A stretch of DNA of 64,000 nucleotides from an uncultured Gemmataceae bacterium (GCA_963750165.1 CAVVPN010000011.1:2176001-2240000), one strand, 5' to 3'; positions 10,908 to 22,929 are shown, numbered from the stretch's first letter. The notes: generated from the letters alone by a model not told the origin. Made by a program: numbers and translations.

Positions 10908-11476
10908 ATGAGCCGAGCCTATCGCATCAAGGTCCGCGAGAGCCAGAACCGCACGGTCAAGGCCCGCGACCACGTCAGCACCCAGCTCGAAATCCTGAGC
11001 ATCCTGCCGCCCGAGCAGATGGCCGATCTGCTGGCGAAGGCACTGGAGGAGCAGGGCTTCGAGCGCTGCGGCGACCAGCTGTCGCGCGAGCAGAACGGCG
11101 TCGTCATCGTCGTGGACGCGACGACCGGCATCGTCAGCGTCCATAGTGAGGACGAGCGGGCCGTCACCGTCGAGGGCGAACTCGACGGCTACGCGCCAAC
11201 CCCGGACGGCGCAGTGCAAAGCAGGCGCGCGAGCAGTTGCAGAAGGACCTGCAGCGCAAGCTCGACCAGAAGACCAGGGGCCACGAGGACGAGTTGCAGA
11301 CTAAGGTCACCGACCGGCTCGAACAGCAGCTCGCCGGTCTGCGCCAGGAGTTGAACCAGGTCGTCAACCGCGTCACCGCCGAGGCGCTCGAGCGCAAGGC
11401 CGCCCAGCTCGGCCAGATCAAGGAACTGACGGAAGACCCGCAGACCGGCTCTCTCACCATTGTTCTGGAAGTGTAG
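10908..11476 (+). CDS. Small coiled-coil protein, probable FtsH ternary system component (fvmX5-like); frameshift near 11200
   Basis: MSRAYRIKVRES..LEILSILPPEQM N-terminus joins the coiled-coil C-terminus ..ALERKAAQLGQIKEL..GSLTIVLEV in another frame. Confidence 0.65.
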
Positions 11477-11482
11477 CGCCTC

Positions 11483-13639
11483 ATGAGTGTACTGATCGCT
11501 GAAAAAGAGCTGCCGCAGGAGCTGACCGTGGAGCAGGCCGTCGAGGCCGCCTACGCCGCGGAGTTGACCGAGGTGGCGTCCAAGCTGCAGCGCGGCCTGC
11601 CCACGCTGGTCGAGTGCGACAAGGACCTGGCGCCGTACCTGTATCTGAACCTGCGCGGCCGTCTTCGCCCCGCCGGCCTGCGCTGCCTGTACCTCGACGG
11701 CCGCATCCCGCCCGAACAGGCAGGCCCAATGGACCCCGGCCTGATCGGCGCCATGATCCAGCAGCTGCGCGACGCCGTGCGCGGCAACGCCGTCGAGCGC
11801 CGCGTCGTCGTGCTGCCGCACCTCGATTTGTTGACCACCAGTCAAGGCGGCCTGACCGCCGAGGCCCGCGAGGTGATTCCGCTGCTGTACGAGAATCCCG
11901 AACTGGTCTGGCTCGGCTTCAAGGACCCGTCGTTCCCGGTGCCGCGCGTCATCGAGCAGCTGTTCCCGCACCGCCTCAGCCTGCTCGGCCTGGCGCGGAC
12001 GCGGTTGCGGCAGCTGGTTACGCAGAAGGAAAGCCGCAAGTTCGGCAAGCAGTTCAACCCGTGGGCGCTGTACAAGCACGTCAGCGGCGTCAACGCGGTG
12101 CGGCTGCGCAAGCTGCTGAGCACGCTGGAGGGTGAGGATTTTCCGGCGAATCCGCGGCACGTCTACCGCCAGCTGCGGCAGGCGACGCTCGGCGGCACGC
12201 TGGAGGTGCCCGAGATCGACCTGGAAAAGGACATCGGCGGCTACGCCAAGGTCAAGCAACGGCTGCGCTCGGAAATCCTTGACCTGATGGCCCACAAGGA
12301 CCGGCTCACCGAGGCTGCGGACATCACCGCCATTGAGGAGTTGGTGCCGAAGGGCTTGATCTTCTGGGGGCCTCCCGGCACCGGCAAGACGCTGTTCGCC
12401 AAGGCGATGGCCGCGGCGCTCGGGGCCGCCATCACCATCGTCTCCGGCCCGGAATTGAAGAGCCGCTGGGTTGGCGAATCCGAGGAAAATATCAGGCAAA
12501 TCTTCCACCAGGCGCGGCAGTCGGCGCCGTCGATCATCGTGTTCGACGAGCTGGATTCGTTCGCGTCGGCGCGCGGCACCTACACCGGTTCGGGTGTCGA
12601 GCATTCGATGGTCAACCAGCTGCTGACCGAAATGGACGGCTTTCACCGCGAGGAGATGGTGTTCGTCGTCGGCACCACGAACTTCGTGGAAATCCTGGAC
12701 CCGGCATTGCTGCGGCCCGGTCGCTTCGAGTTTCACCTGCACATCCCCTACCCCGAGGACGATTCGCGGCGGGAAATCCTGAACATCTACGACCGCAAGA
12801 TGGGGCTCAAGATGAGCGCGGAGACGGTCGAGCACACGGTCAAGCGGACGGACTTCGTGGTGCCGGGGGCTGCGGCGGGCACGCTGTTCAGCGGCGACCA
12901 TTTGAACGCGCTGTGCCGGGCCATCGCCCGCCGTCGTCTGCGCGAGGGCCGCACCGACGCCACGACACCCGCCGACGTGGAGCGGGCGCTGACCGAGTGG
13001 GTCGAGAAACAGACGCTGACGCCGGCCCAGGAAAAGGTGGTCGCCACGCACGAGGCCGGCCATGCGGTGCTGGCGCTGCTGTTCAACCGGCCCATTGCTC
13101 GCATCGCCCTGACCGACGACGTGATCGGGGCGCTGGGCTACGTCCGCCACAGCGAGGACGCCGACCAGCGCAAGGTGCAGACGCGCGGCCAGATTCTTGA
13201 AGATATTTGCATCTGTTTCGGCGGCCGCGAGGCGGAGCGGTTGGTTCTGGGAGATTTGTACGACGGGGCCACGCAGGACGTGCAGACGGCGACGCACCTG
13301 GCCCGCGTGCTGGTGGAGGTGCTGGGCCTGAGCGAGGACGACGAGGTCGGCGTGGTGCGCTACTGGGGCCGCGAGAATAACGGCGAACGGCGGTCGGATT
13401 TGTCGCCGGTGCAGGTCGAGGCGCTGGACCGCCGGGTGCGCACCATCCTGGAGGAGCAACGGCAGCGTGCCGCCCAGCTGCTGCGCGAGAACTATGAGAT
13501 GGTCGAGACGCTGCGGGATTTGTTGATTGAGAAGAAGGCGATTGAGGCGAAGACGCTGAGTGAGATGCTGCCGAAGAAAGGCACCGCGAAGCGGCCGCCG
13601 GCGGAACGGGCCGGGCGGCAGAAGGCGGCGGAGGGGTAA
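11483..13639 (+). CDS. Soluble FtsH-like AAA+ ATPase with M41 metallopeptidase domain and extra N-terminal domain
   Basis: GPPGTGKT, IIVFDE, DPALLRPGRF, HEAGH zinc motif, GGREAE, GATQD; no N-terminal transmembrane helices. Confidence 0.9.
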   Translation: MSVLIAEKELPQELTVEQAVEAAYAAELTEVASKLQRGLPTLVECDKDLAPYLYLNLRGRLRPAGLRCLYLDGRIPPEQAGPMDPGLIGAMIQQLRDAVRGNAVERRVVVLPHLDLLTTSQGGLTAEAREVIPLLYENPELVWLGFKDPSFPVPRVIEQLFPHRLSLLGLARTRLRQLVTQKESRKFGKQFNPWALYKHVSGVNAVRLRKLLSTLEGEDFPANPRHVYRQLRQATLGGTLEVPEIDLEKDIGGYAKVKQRLRSEILDLMAHKDRLTEAADITAIEELVPKGLIFWGPPGTGKTLFAKAMAAALGAAITIVSGPELKSRWVGESEENIRQIFHQARQSAPSIIVFDELDSFASARGTYTGSGVEHSMVNQLLTEMDGFHREEMVFVVGTTNFVEILDPALLRPGRFEFHLHIPYPEDDSRREILNIYDRKMGLKMSAETVEHTVKRTDFVVPGAAAGTLFSGDHLNALCRAIARRRLREGRTDATTPADVERALTEWVEKQTLTPAQEKVVATHEAGHAVLALLFNRPIARIALTDDVIGALGYVRHSEDADQRKVQTRGQILEDICICFGGREAERLVLGDLYDGATQDVQTATHLARVLVEVLGLSEDDEVGVVRYWGRENNGERRSDLSPVQVEALDRRVRTILEEQRQRAAQLLRENYEMVETLRDLLIEKKAIEAKTLSEMLPKKGTAKRPPAERAGRQKAAEG

Positions 13640-13649
13640 ACTCTCGTCA

Positions 13650-13747
13650 GGTTGTGACCTCTCGTTGTGGCTTGGTCGGGAGACCAAGCCACTGACTTTG
13701 ACCGCAGGTCTCCCACGCTGCAACCCGGGGAGACCTCGATCACAACC
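13650..13747. repeat. Nested REP-like cluster between convergent genes
   Basis: Outer GGTTGTGA/TCACAACC arms enclose the hairpins GTGGCTTGGTC-GGGA-GACCAAGCCAC and AGGTCTCCC..GGGAGACCT. Confidence 0.7.
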
Positions 13748-13898
13748 GAATAATGACGCCGTGACGCTTCGTCGGGCGTGGCAACTCGATCACCTCCCCC
13801 CGGACCAGTTCAACACAGCGGTTGTGGTTTTCCGGCAGGTGGACCCAGTCGAAGAACTCCTCGGCCGTCATCTTTTTGGAAGTGGCGGCGGCTCTCAT
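13740..13898 (-). pseudogene. Uma2-family endonuclease N-terminal fragment
   Basis: MTAEEFFDW..ELVRGEVIELPRPTKRHG is a typical Uma2 start; the ORF ends where the REP cluster begins. Confidence 0.7.
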
Positions 13899-13942
13899 AG
13901 CGACCCCTTTCCCGGAATGGTTCTCCATCACCCGCGCACAAT

Positions 13943-14902
13943 CTACCCACCGAAGCGCCGCTGGGCCAGGGCCAGGGCGCCGTGCAGCACCACTTCCTCA
14001 CCAAGCGCCGCTGGCACGATGTCGTAGCAGTCCGCAAACGGCTTGAAGACGCGCTCAGCGACCGCCTGCCGTAGCGGCTTGAACAGTACGTCCTCGCCCA
14101 TCAGCGCGACGCCGCCGCCGATGACGACACGCCGCGGACAAAGAAGGGTGATGACGTGACAGATGCCGAGTGATAAATAATGAATGGCTTCCGCAATGAC
14201 GCCCAAAGCAAGTTCATCACCGTGGCGGGCGGCTTCGCTCACATGATGGGTGTTCAGTTTTTCCAGGCGCCCGCCCACGAACTGGCGCAACAACCCACCG
14301 CCCTCGGTAAATTCAAGCCGTCTCCGCGCCAGTTGTTGAATCGCCCAGCCGGAAGCCTGCTCCTCAAGCGGCTCATAAGCAAGCGAATCAAAATACCAGA
14401 CCTCCATTAACAAATGCCCAATCTCCGCCGCCCCGCGCCCGCAGCCGCGGTAGATTTCGCCGTCGATAATCAGCCCGCCGCCGATGCCCGAACCGATGGT
14501 GATGTAGAAGAGCGGCGACAACCCCTTGCCCGCCCCGAGCAGCGCCTCGCCGAGCCCGGCCACGTCGGCGTCGTTGCCCAGCGCCGCCGGCAGCCCGAGG
14601 CGGTCGCGCACCCAGTCCGCCAGCGGGAAGTTGTCCCAGCCCTCGATCTGATGCGACTTGATGACCGTCCGCGTCGCGTCATCCACCGGGCCGCCGAAGC
14701 CAATGCCGACGCCGCGCAGCGCTTCGCGCCGCACACCAACCTGCAATAGCAACTCCGGCACCACAGCTTCGATCTGGTTCCGAATGCCCGCCGCGCCCGC
14801 GAAGGCATCCACGACGCCGCGCCAGCGGCCGATCAGTGTCCCAGCGCCGGCACCCAGCGCCAGCTGCAATTTCGTGCCGCCGATCTCGATGCCGAGGAAC
14901 AC
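13943..14902 (-). CDS. ROK family sugar kinase (glucokinase-like)
   Basis: LGIEIGGTK, GIGFGGPV, NDADVAGLGEA, GSGIGGGLII, AAEIGH, VVIGGGV. Confidence 0.9.
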   Translation of the reverse strand: MFLGIEIGGTKLQLALGAGAGTLIGRWRGVVDAFAGAAGIRNQIEAVVPELLLQVGVRREALRGVGIGFGGPVDDATRTVIKSHQIEGWDNFPLADWVRDRLGLPAALGNDADVAGLGEALLGAGKGLSPLFYITIGSGIGGGLIIDGEIYRGCGRGAAEIGHLLMEVWYFDSLAYEPLEEQASGWAIQQLARRRLEFTEGGGLLRQFVGGRLEKLNTHHVSEAARHGDELALGVIAEAIHYLSLGICHVITLLCPRRVVIGGGVALMGEDVLFKPLRQAVAERVFKPFADCYDIVPAALGEEVVLHGALALAQRRFGG

Positions 14903-14915
14903 GACCCAACCCCCC

Positions 14916-16337
14916 TCAGGCCAGAATCTCGCGGATCACGTGCCCATGCACATCGGTCAACCGCCGGTCAATGCCGTTGTGCCGGAACGTCAGCCGCTCG
15001 TGATCGATGCCCAGCAGGTGCAGCACCGTGGCATGGACATCGTAGCAGTAGGTCGGATGCTCCGCGGCGCGGAACGACCATTCATCGCTGGCCCCGTGGG
15101 TGACGCCGCCGCGAACGCCGCCGCCGGCCAGCCAGCTGGTGAACGTGAACGGGTTGTGATCGCGACCGCGGCCGCCCTGGCTGCACGGCATCCGGCCGAA
15201 CTCCGTCGTCCAGAGCACAATGGTGTCGTCCAGCAGGCCACGATGCTTGAGATCCTTGAGTAGCGCCGCGGCCGGCCGGTCCATGCCCGTGCCCATGTCG
15301 CCGTGGTCGCGGGCCAGGTCCTCGTGCGAGTCCCAGTTGCGGCGCGGGAAGCCGTTGTCGGCACCGCTCCACAACTGCACGAAGCGCACGCCGCGCTCCA
15401 GCAGTCGCCGGGCGATCAAACAATTGCGACCGAAGTCCTCCGTGACGCGCTGGTCCAGACCGTACAATCGCCGCGTCGCCGCCGACTCGCGCGAAATGTC
15501 CAGCACCTCCGGGGCGCTGAGCTGCAGACGAGCCGCCAACTCATACGACTGGATGCGGCCGTCGAGCCGTGAGTCGCCGGACCGCGCCGCCGCGTGGGCC
15601 TGGTTCATCTGCCGCAGCAGGGCCTGACCGTCGGCCTCGCTTCGCGGCGTGATGTAGCCATTCTTGGCGGGGAACAGGTCCGCGATGGGGTTGCGGTCGC
15701 CGGGCCGGACCATCGTGCCCTGGAACGCCGCGGGCAGGAAGCCGGCGCCCCAGTTGGCCGGGCCGTTCGGTGCGAAGCCGCGCACATCCGGCAGCACGAC
15801 AAACGCCGGCAGGTCGTCCGTCAGCCGGCCGAGGCCATAGCCCACCCAGGCGCCCACGCTGGGAAAGCCCGGCAGCACGAAGCCGGTCGCCTGCATGAAC
15901 GTCGCCGGGCCGTGGACGTTCGAGCGCGACACCATTGCCGGCAGAAAGGCGATGTCATCGACGCAACCGGCCAGGTGCGGCAGCAGAGCGCTGACCCATT
16001 TGCCGCACTGGCCGTGCTGCCGCCAGCGCCAGGGGCTCTGCATGACGGCGCCGGGCGAACTCTGGAACAGCTCGACGCGACCGCCGGGGTTGAACGCCTG
16101 GCCATGCCGCTGTGTCAGCAGCGGTTTGTAGTCGAAGGTGTCGCACTGGCTGGCGGCGCCAGACATGAACAGCTGCACGACACGCTTCGCGCGGGCGCGG
16201 TGGTGCAGGCCGCTGTTGAGGTCGGCGCGCGTCTGCGGGGCCTGGCCGGCCAGCAGCTGATCCTGGCCAAGCAGGTGCGCCAGGGCGATGCCGCCCAGGC
16301 CGCCGCCGCAGTGCCACAGGAAAGAACGTCGGTCCAT
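14916..16337 (-). CDS. DUF1501 domain protein (planctomycete, Tat-like RRSFL start)
   Basis: AKRVVQLFMSGAASQCDTFDYKP, ARRLLERGVRFVQL, WDSH, TTEFGRMP, GRDHN, LHLLGIDHERLT. Confidence 0.9.
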   Translation of the reverse strand: MDRRSFLWHCGGGLGGIALAHLLGQDQLLAGQAPQTRADLNSGLHHRARAKRVVQLFMSGAASQCDTFDYKPLLTQRHGQAFNPGGRVELFQSSPGAVMQSPWRWRQHGQCGKWVSALLPHLAGCVDDIAFLPAMVSRSNVHGPATFMQATGFVLPGFPSVGAWVGYGLGRLTDDLPAFVVLPDVRGFAPNGPANWGAGFLPAAFQGTMVRPGDRNPIADLFPAKNGYITPRSEADGQALLRQMNQAHAAARSGDSRLDGRIQSYELAARLQLSAPEVLDISRESAATRRLYGLDQRVTEDFGRNCLIARRLLERGVRFVQLWSGADNGFPRRNWDSHEDLARDHGDMGTGMDRPAAALLKDLKHRGLLDDTIVLWTTEFGRMPCSQGGRGRDHNPFTFTSWLAGGGVRGGVTHGASDEWSFRAAEHPTYCYDVHATVLHLLGIDHERLTFRHNGIDRRLTDVHGHVIREILA

Positions 16338-16355
16338 GATACAGTGCTCCGGGGG

Positions 16356-17383
16356 TCAAAGCGTGTCGGGGTCGATGCCGAGGGAGCGCAGTTTGTCCGC
16401 GAGTTTTTCCCGCTGCTGTTTCTCCGCCTCGGCGCGCTGTTTCTCGGCCTCGGCCTGTTGTGCCGCCGCCTCGGCGCGCTGCTTTTCCGCCTCGGCCTGT
16501 TGCGCCGCCGCCTCGGCGCCTGTTTCTCGGCTTCGGCCTGTTGCGCCGCCGCCTCGGCGCGCTGTTTCTCGGCTTCGGCCTGTTGCGCCGCCGCCTCGGC
16601 GCGCTGCTTCTCGGCTTCCGCTTGCTTGTGCGCCGTCTCGGCCTTCAGTTTCTCAATCTCAGCGCGTTCGGAATACGTGGGTAGCAAAATGCCGTTCACG
16701 TCCGACCAGCGAATCCAGTCGCCGAAGATGCCCAGATAAGTTCCCTGCCAAAGCCCCAGCTCCGCCCGCATCGGGTCGATGAGGTAATGGCCGCGTTCGT
16801 TCGGCTGCAACAGGCGGTAAGTGTAGCCTTGTTGCCCGGGGCCTTCCAGGACGTAAACCTCCAACGTGTTCCGATCCGGGTCAAAGATGCCGTAATACGG
16901 CGCACAGATTTGTTTCTCGTAGGCCCAGAATTTCCCGACCCCCGTCGTGCGGTCCCGTTCGCCGCCTTCCGTGTCAGAAATGAACTCCAGCACAATGGTG
17001 GGCCGGACCGTTTCCGCCCACAACAAATAGGAGCGGCGCAACCGCCCGTCCACGGTCTGCCGGACGTTCTGCACACAGAACCAGTCCGGCGCCTTGCGGC
17101 CATCTTGCTCGGCGCTGGGAACGTCGTAGTAAATGAACACGTCCTGGCCGATCCAGAACCGATTGTCCGGGTGGAGTTGTTGCAGGTGCGGCGTAATGGC
17201 GTCGGTTAATAACATGCTGAGCGGGTGTTCCAGTCCGTTGCTGACCATGTTTTCTTCCGTGCAGGGCAAATCGTACTGGGTCGGCATGTTGAATTTCCTG
17301 AACCTATTGGGGTCGTCTTCCGAACAGGGCAAATCCAAATGCGTGGGCAACCTGCCCCACTTCGGGTCCACTTTGCGGCTCAT
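16356..17383 (-). CDS. Uma2-family endonuclease with coiled-coil repeat tail (frameshift near 16520)
   Basis: APDWF, RRSYLLW.E, VLEFIS, GGERD, KFWAYE, YYGIFDP; tail of AEAEKQRAEAAAQQ units ending LRSLGIDPDTL*. Confidence 0.85.
16420..16640. repeat. Coding tandem repeat, 42-bp/14-aa unit
   Basis: About 4-5 units encoding AEAEKQRAEAAAQQ. Confidence 0.85.
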
Positions 17384-17405
17384 GATCTTCTCCCATGCTG
17401 ACTGA

Positions 17406-19586
<2,181 letters not shown>

Positions 19587-19689
19587 GGTTGTTTCCATTG
19601 CAGGCGATCCGTCAGCCGCGGCGGTATCCCTGGATTGTCACCGCCCGTGGTGGACGGTGCAAGCACAACTGCATCAGCGCGAGGCCGAC

Positions 19690-20175
19690 TCAGTCCCAGC
19701 GCCCTTGCGGCTTCTGTTTCCACAGCCAGATAATCCAGTCCACGTTCTTCGGCTCGCCGCCGAAATCCTTCAACCGGGTCATGCACTGGCCGCGGTGGTG
19801 TTGCGTGTGCATGGCCACCTGCACCAGCGCCGCGCTGACCGGGATGACGCACGGCGGGTCCGGGAACCACGGGATGCGCACCGTGCGCACCATCCCTGCC
19901 TCGTCCAGCGCCGCCGTGAAGTCGCGCAGCCCGGCGTGACAGACGGGCGCCCACTCCTTCAAGCGCTCAAACGTCGAGGGTGGGCCGTCGGGCGGAAACC
20001 CCGGTACTTCGCCGCGCAGGATGGACAGGAACCCCTGCTGCACGCCGAGGATGTGATCCATGCGGCGACGCAGCTCTTCGTGGTCCCGGGCGGGTGACTT
20101 GCCCCAGGTGTGGAAGAAGATGGCGTTGGCCCATTCCGCGTGGGCCATGAGGTCGCGCAGGTGTGCAAGCATCAT
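19690..20175 (-). CDS. DinB family protein
   Basis: HAEWAN, DHIL, QVAMHTQHHRGQ metal-binding histidines. Confidence 0.85.
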   Translation of the reverse strand: MMLAHLRDLMAHAEWANAIFFHTWGKSPARDHEELRRRMDHILGVQQGFLSILRGEVPGFPPDGPPSTFERLKEWAPVCHAGLRDFTAALDEAGMVRTVRIPWFPDPPCVIPVSAALVQVAMHTQHHRGQCMTRLKDFGGEPKNVDWIIWLWKQKPQGRWD

Positions 20176-20208
20176 AGGATCCTCCTTGAGATAAATTCCG
20201 TGCCGGGG

Positions 20209-20307
20209 TTCTGCCGCTTGTGGCTTAGCGCACAACAACCCTCCCGGCCCCAGAAAGGAATTCTAGCGACGGAAGGGTTGAAGCGCGCTAAGCCGCAAGC
20301 GGCAGAA
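20209..20307. repeat. REP doublet (GCTAAGCCGCAAGCGGCAG type)
   Basis: TTCTGCCGCTTGTGGCTTAGCGC ... GCGCTAAGCCGCAAGCGGCAGAA inverted pair with inner CAACCCT/AGGGTTG. Confidence 0.8.
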
Positions 20308-20370
20308 CGAAAAATCTTTCGCCGCCGGCGCCCCGGCGTGCGTTTCACTGGTGGGCCCCGTGAGAACGGC

Positions 20371-20928
20371 ATGGACTGCGACGACGCCAACCTGATGCGC
20401 CGCTGGCAAGCCGGCGACGCGGCCGCCTTCGAGGCGCTGGTCCGCCGCTGGGAACAGCCCGTCGCGCGTTTCCTGACGCGCCTGGCGGAGCGTCCCGATC
20501 GCGTTGCCGACCTGTGCCAGGAGGTTTTTATGCGCCTCTATCTCGCCGGGCCGCGTTACCGGGAAACCGGCGCGTTCTCGACCTGGCTGTATCAGATCGC
20601 GCTGAACGCCGCCCGCGACGCGGGCCGCCGCCGCCGTCATGAGCCGGCGTCCCTGGCCGAACAGGACGAGCCGGCCGCGCCAGCGCTGGCCGAGGCCATC
20701 TGCGAGCGCCGCGAACTGGCCGAGCAGGTGACGCAGCTCGTCGCGGAACTGCCGCCGCCGCTGCGCGAGGTGCTGGTGCTGCGGCACTACGAGGGCTTGA
20801 CGTTCGAGGAGATCGGCCGCGTGCTGGCGACGCCGCCCAGCACGCTCAAGTCGCGCTTCGCCCTGGCGCTGGCCCGGCTGCGCGTGCGGCTGCGGCAGCG
20901 CGGCTGGAGCCCGGAGGAAACCCCATGA
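20371..20928 (+). CDS. ECF RNA polymerase sigma-70 factor
   Basis: GDAAAFEALVRR, DLCQEVF, FSTWLYQIALN, LREVLVLRHYEGLTFEEIG..TLKSR. Confidence 0.92.
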   Translation: MDCDDANLMRRWQAGDAAAFEALVRRWEQPVARFLTRLAERPDRVADLCQEVFMRLYLAGPRYRETGAFSTWLYQIALNAARDAGRRRRHEPASLAEQDEPAAPALAEAICERRELAEQVTQLVAELPPPLREVLVLRHYEGLTFEEIGRVLATPPSTLKSRFALALARLRVRLRQRGWSPEETP

Positions 20929-21562
20929 GTGATTGCACCGCCGTCCGTCCGCTGCTGCCCGAGGCCGTCTACGGCGATCTGGCCGCCGGTCCCGCCGCCG
21001 CCGTCCGCCGCCATCTGGACGCCTGCGCCGCTTGCCAGGCCGAGTTCGCCGCGCTCCAGGAGGTGCGCGACGCCCTGAACGCCGTGCCGCCCGCCGCGCC
21101 GGCCCGGGTCGATGTCGGCCGCCTCTACCGCGACGCCGCCCGGCGGCAGGCGCAGAAGCTGCGCCGCTGGCGCCGCGCCGCCGTGGTGCTCGGCGCCGCC
21201 GCGGCACTGCTGCTGATCGTGTTCGCGCTGCGGCTGGAGTTGCGCGTTGACGGCCGGCAGCTGGTGCTGCGCTGGGCGCTCCCGAGGCACCTGCCCCGGT
21301 CACGCCCACGCCGCCGCGCCTGGAGCCGCCGGCCGTCGTGCAGGCGCCGCCGGCGGTGACCGCTGAGGATGTGTACTTGCTCAAGCAGATCGTCCACGCC
21401 CTGGCCGCCGACGTGGCGGCACGCGACCGGCAAAAACAGCAAGAATTGCTGGCACTGGAACAGCGCCTCGACTGGCTGCAGACCCGCACGGAGCAGCGCT
21501 GGGTGCTGACGCAGAGTTACGTTTCCGCCCTGAACACGACCTTACTCGCACGAAAGGAGTGA
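20925..21562 (+). CDS. zf-HC2 anti-sigma factor with one transmembrane helix (frameshift near 21285)
   Basis: N-terminal Cys plus HLDACAAC (HxxxCxxC), TM segment, coiled-coil C-terminus in the shifted frame; ATGA overlaps on both sides. Confidence 0.8.
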
Positions 21563-22923
21563 CCATGTGCTGTCACCGTTGGCTGCCGGCCCTGACGCTC
21601 GCCCTGGCGACCGCCATCCCGCTGCACGCCCAGGTTCCGGTTGACCAGGGCGGCCCCCCTCGCCCCAGCCCCGGCGGCAGCAAGGCCGCGATGCTGTCCG
21701 GCGAGAAATTGCGCGAGATGTACGAGGACATCGAGATCATGCGCCGCCTGTTGCCGCGCGCCCTGCACGCCTGGCAGTCCGCCAGCTGCACCGCCTGCCA
21801 CACCGACCCGTTCGCCGGCATGGCAAGCTCCAGCGGCAGCCTCGGCGTCGCCTTTTCGCCGGACGGCAACCGCCTGGTCGGGGCAGAGTCGCTCGGCTGG
21901 ACCTCGCCTGGGCACACAGGCACCACCAAATCGGTACGCTTTGATGCGTTCCACCACGGCGGAGTGCTGGCGCCGCTCGCCGTGGAGGGCGTGTACCTGC
22001 GCGGCCAGGGAGTGGTGTTCACGCTGACGCTGCCGCCGCTGCCGCCGCGGGCGTCCAGCCCGAAGGTAACCGCGACCAAGCCGCTGAGCGACTGGGAGCG
22101 CGCCCGCAAGGAACTGCGCGGCGAGGAGGTCAAGTCGGCGCCCGCGGCGAAACGGTTGCCGGACCTGGAGGAGGAAATGTTGCGGCTGCTCGCGGAGAAC
22201 GGACACCACTTCAGCCAGCTGGGGCCGAAGGAGTCGATCACGATCGTCGTCACGTTTCGCAGCAAGGCCTCAACGGGTAAGATGGGTCCCGGAATGTCTG
22301 GGATGCCAGGCGGCATGGGCGGCGGCGGGAAGGGTGGGTTCGGCGGGATGGGCAGCCCGGGGGGCGGGTTCGGCGGCACGACGGGTGGCGGTGGATCAGG
22401 CTCGGGTAGCAGTAGCGGCAGTGGGTCGAGTACCACCGGCGGCGATCAGTCCACGAAATCCGTGTCCAAAAGTCCGGACAAGGTCGCGGACCTGGAACTG
22501 TTTGCCGACCTGCAGCTGAAGCAGGGCAAGGTGTCCGACGCCATCAAGCTGTACCAGGCGGCGGTCGAGCTGAAGCCGTCGGCGGCGCGGGTGCAGGGGC
22601 TGTACCGCAAACTGGCTCGGGCGTACCTGGCGCTGGAGGATCATGTCAGGGACGATGCTGGCCGCCGGCTGGTGATTGAAAAGGCGCTGCAATACTTGCA
22701 GCGGGTGCAGGACGCGAACAATTCCCCGCACCCCAAGGTGAAGGCCGCCCCGAAGGCGGCGCCGCTGCCGGCGCGGCTGATCGTGTCGGCGCCGAAGGCG
22801 CTGCTGCACGCCTACGCCAGTGGCGCGGTCAACTACGACCAGTTCCGCGAGGCCGCCACGGTGGAGTGGCTGCACTTCCCCGCCGCCGAGGGCAAGGCGG
22901 GGGGCGGGGGGGTGCCCAAGTAA
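21559..22923 (+). CDS. Exported protein with CxxCH motif, Gly-rich linker and TPR-like C-terminus
   Basis: Signal peptide, CTACH, GVYLRGQGVVFT, G/S/M-rich linker, AIKLYQAAVELKP. Confidence 0.7.
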   Translation: MTMCCHRWLPALTLALATAIPLHAQVPVDQGGPPRPSPGGSKAAMLSGEKLREMYEDIEIMRRLLPRALHAWQSASCTACHTDPFAGMASSSGSLGVAFSPDGNRLVGAESLGWTSPGHTGTTKSVRFDAFHHGGVLAPLAVEGVYLRGQGVVFTLTLPPLPPRASSPKVTATKPLSDWERARKELRGEEVKSAPAAKRLPDLEEEMLRLLAENGHHFSQLGPKESITIVVTFRSKASTGKMGPGMSGMPGGMGGGGKGGFGGMGSPGGGFGGTTGGGGSGSGSSSGSGSSTTGGDQSTKSVSKSPDKVADLELFADLQLKQGKVSDAIKLYQAAVELKPSAARVQGLYRKLARAYLALEDHVRDDAGRRLVIEKALQYLQRVQDANNSPHPKVKAAPKAAPLPARLIVSAPKALLHAYASGAVNYDQFREAATVEWLHFPAAEGKAGGGGVPK

Positions 22924-22929
22924 GCGACA

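Noticed and set aside
11189..13723. Long antisense and alternative-frame ORFs (e.g. 844 aa here; also 17466..19733, 43526..45592, 2798..5008)
   Set aside because: Shadow ORFs of real high-GC genes, Arg/Ala/Pro-rich with no motifs.
16420..16640. 42-bp tandem repeat as CRISPR or a non-coding repeat
   Set aside because: It has no spacers and encodes the Uma2 coiled-coil tail.
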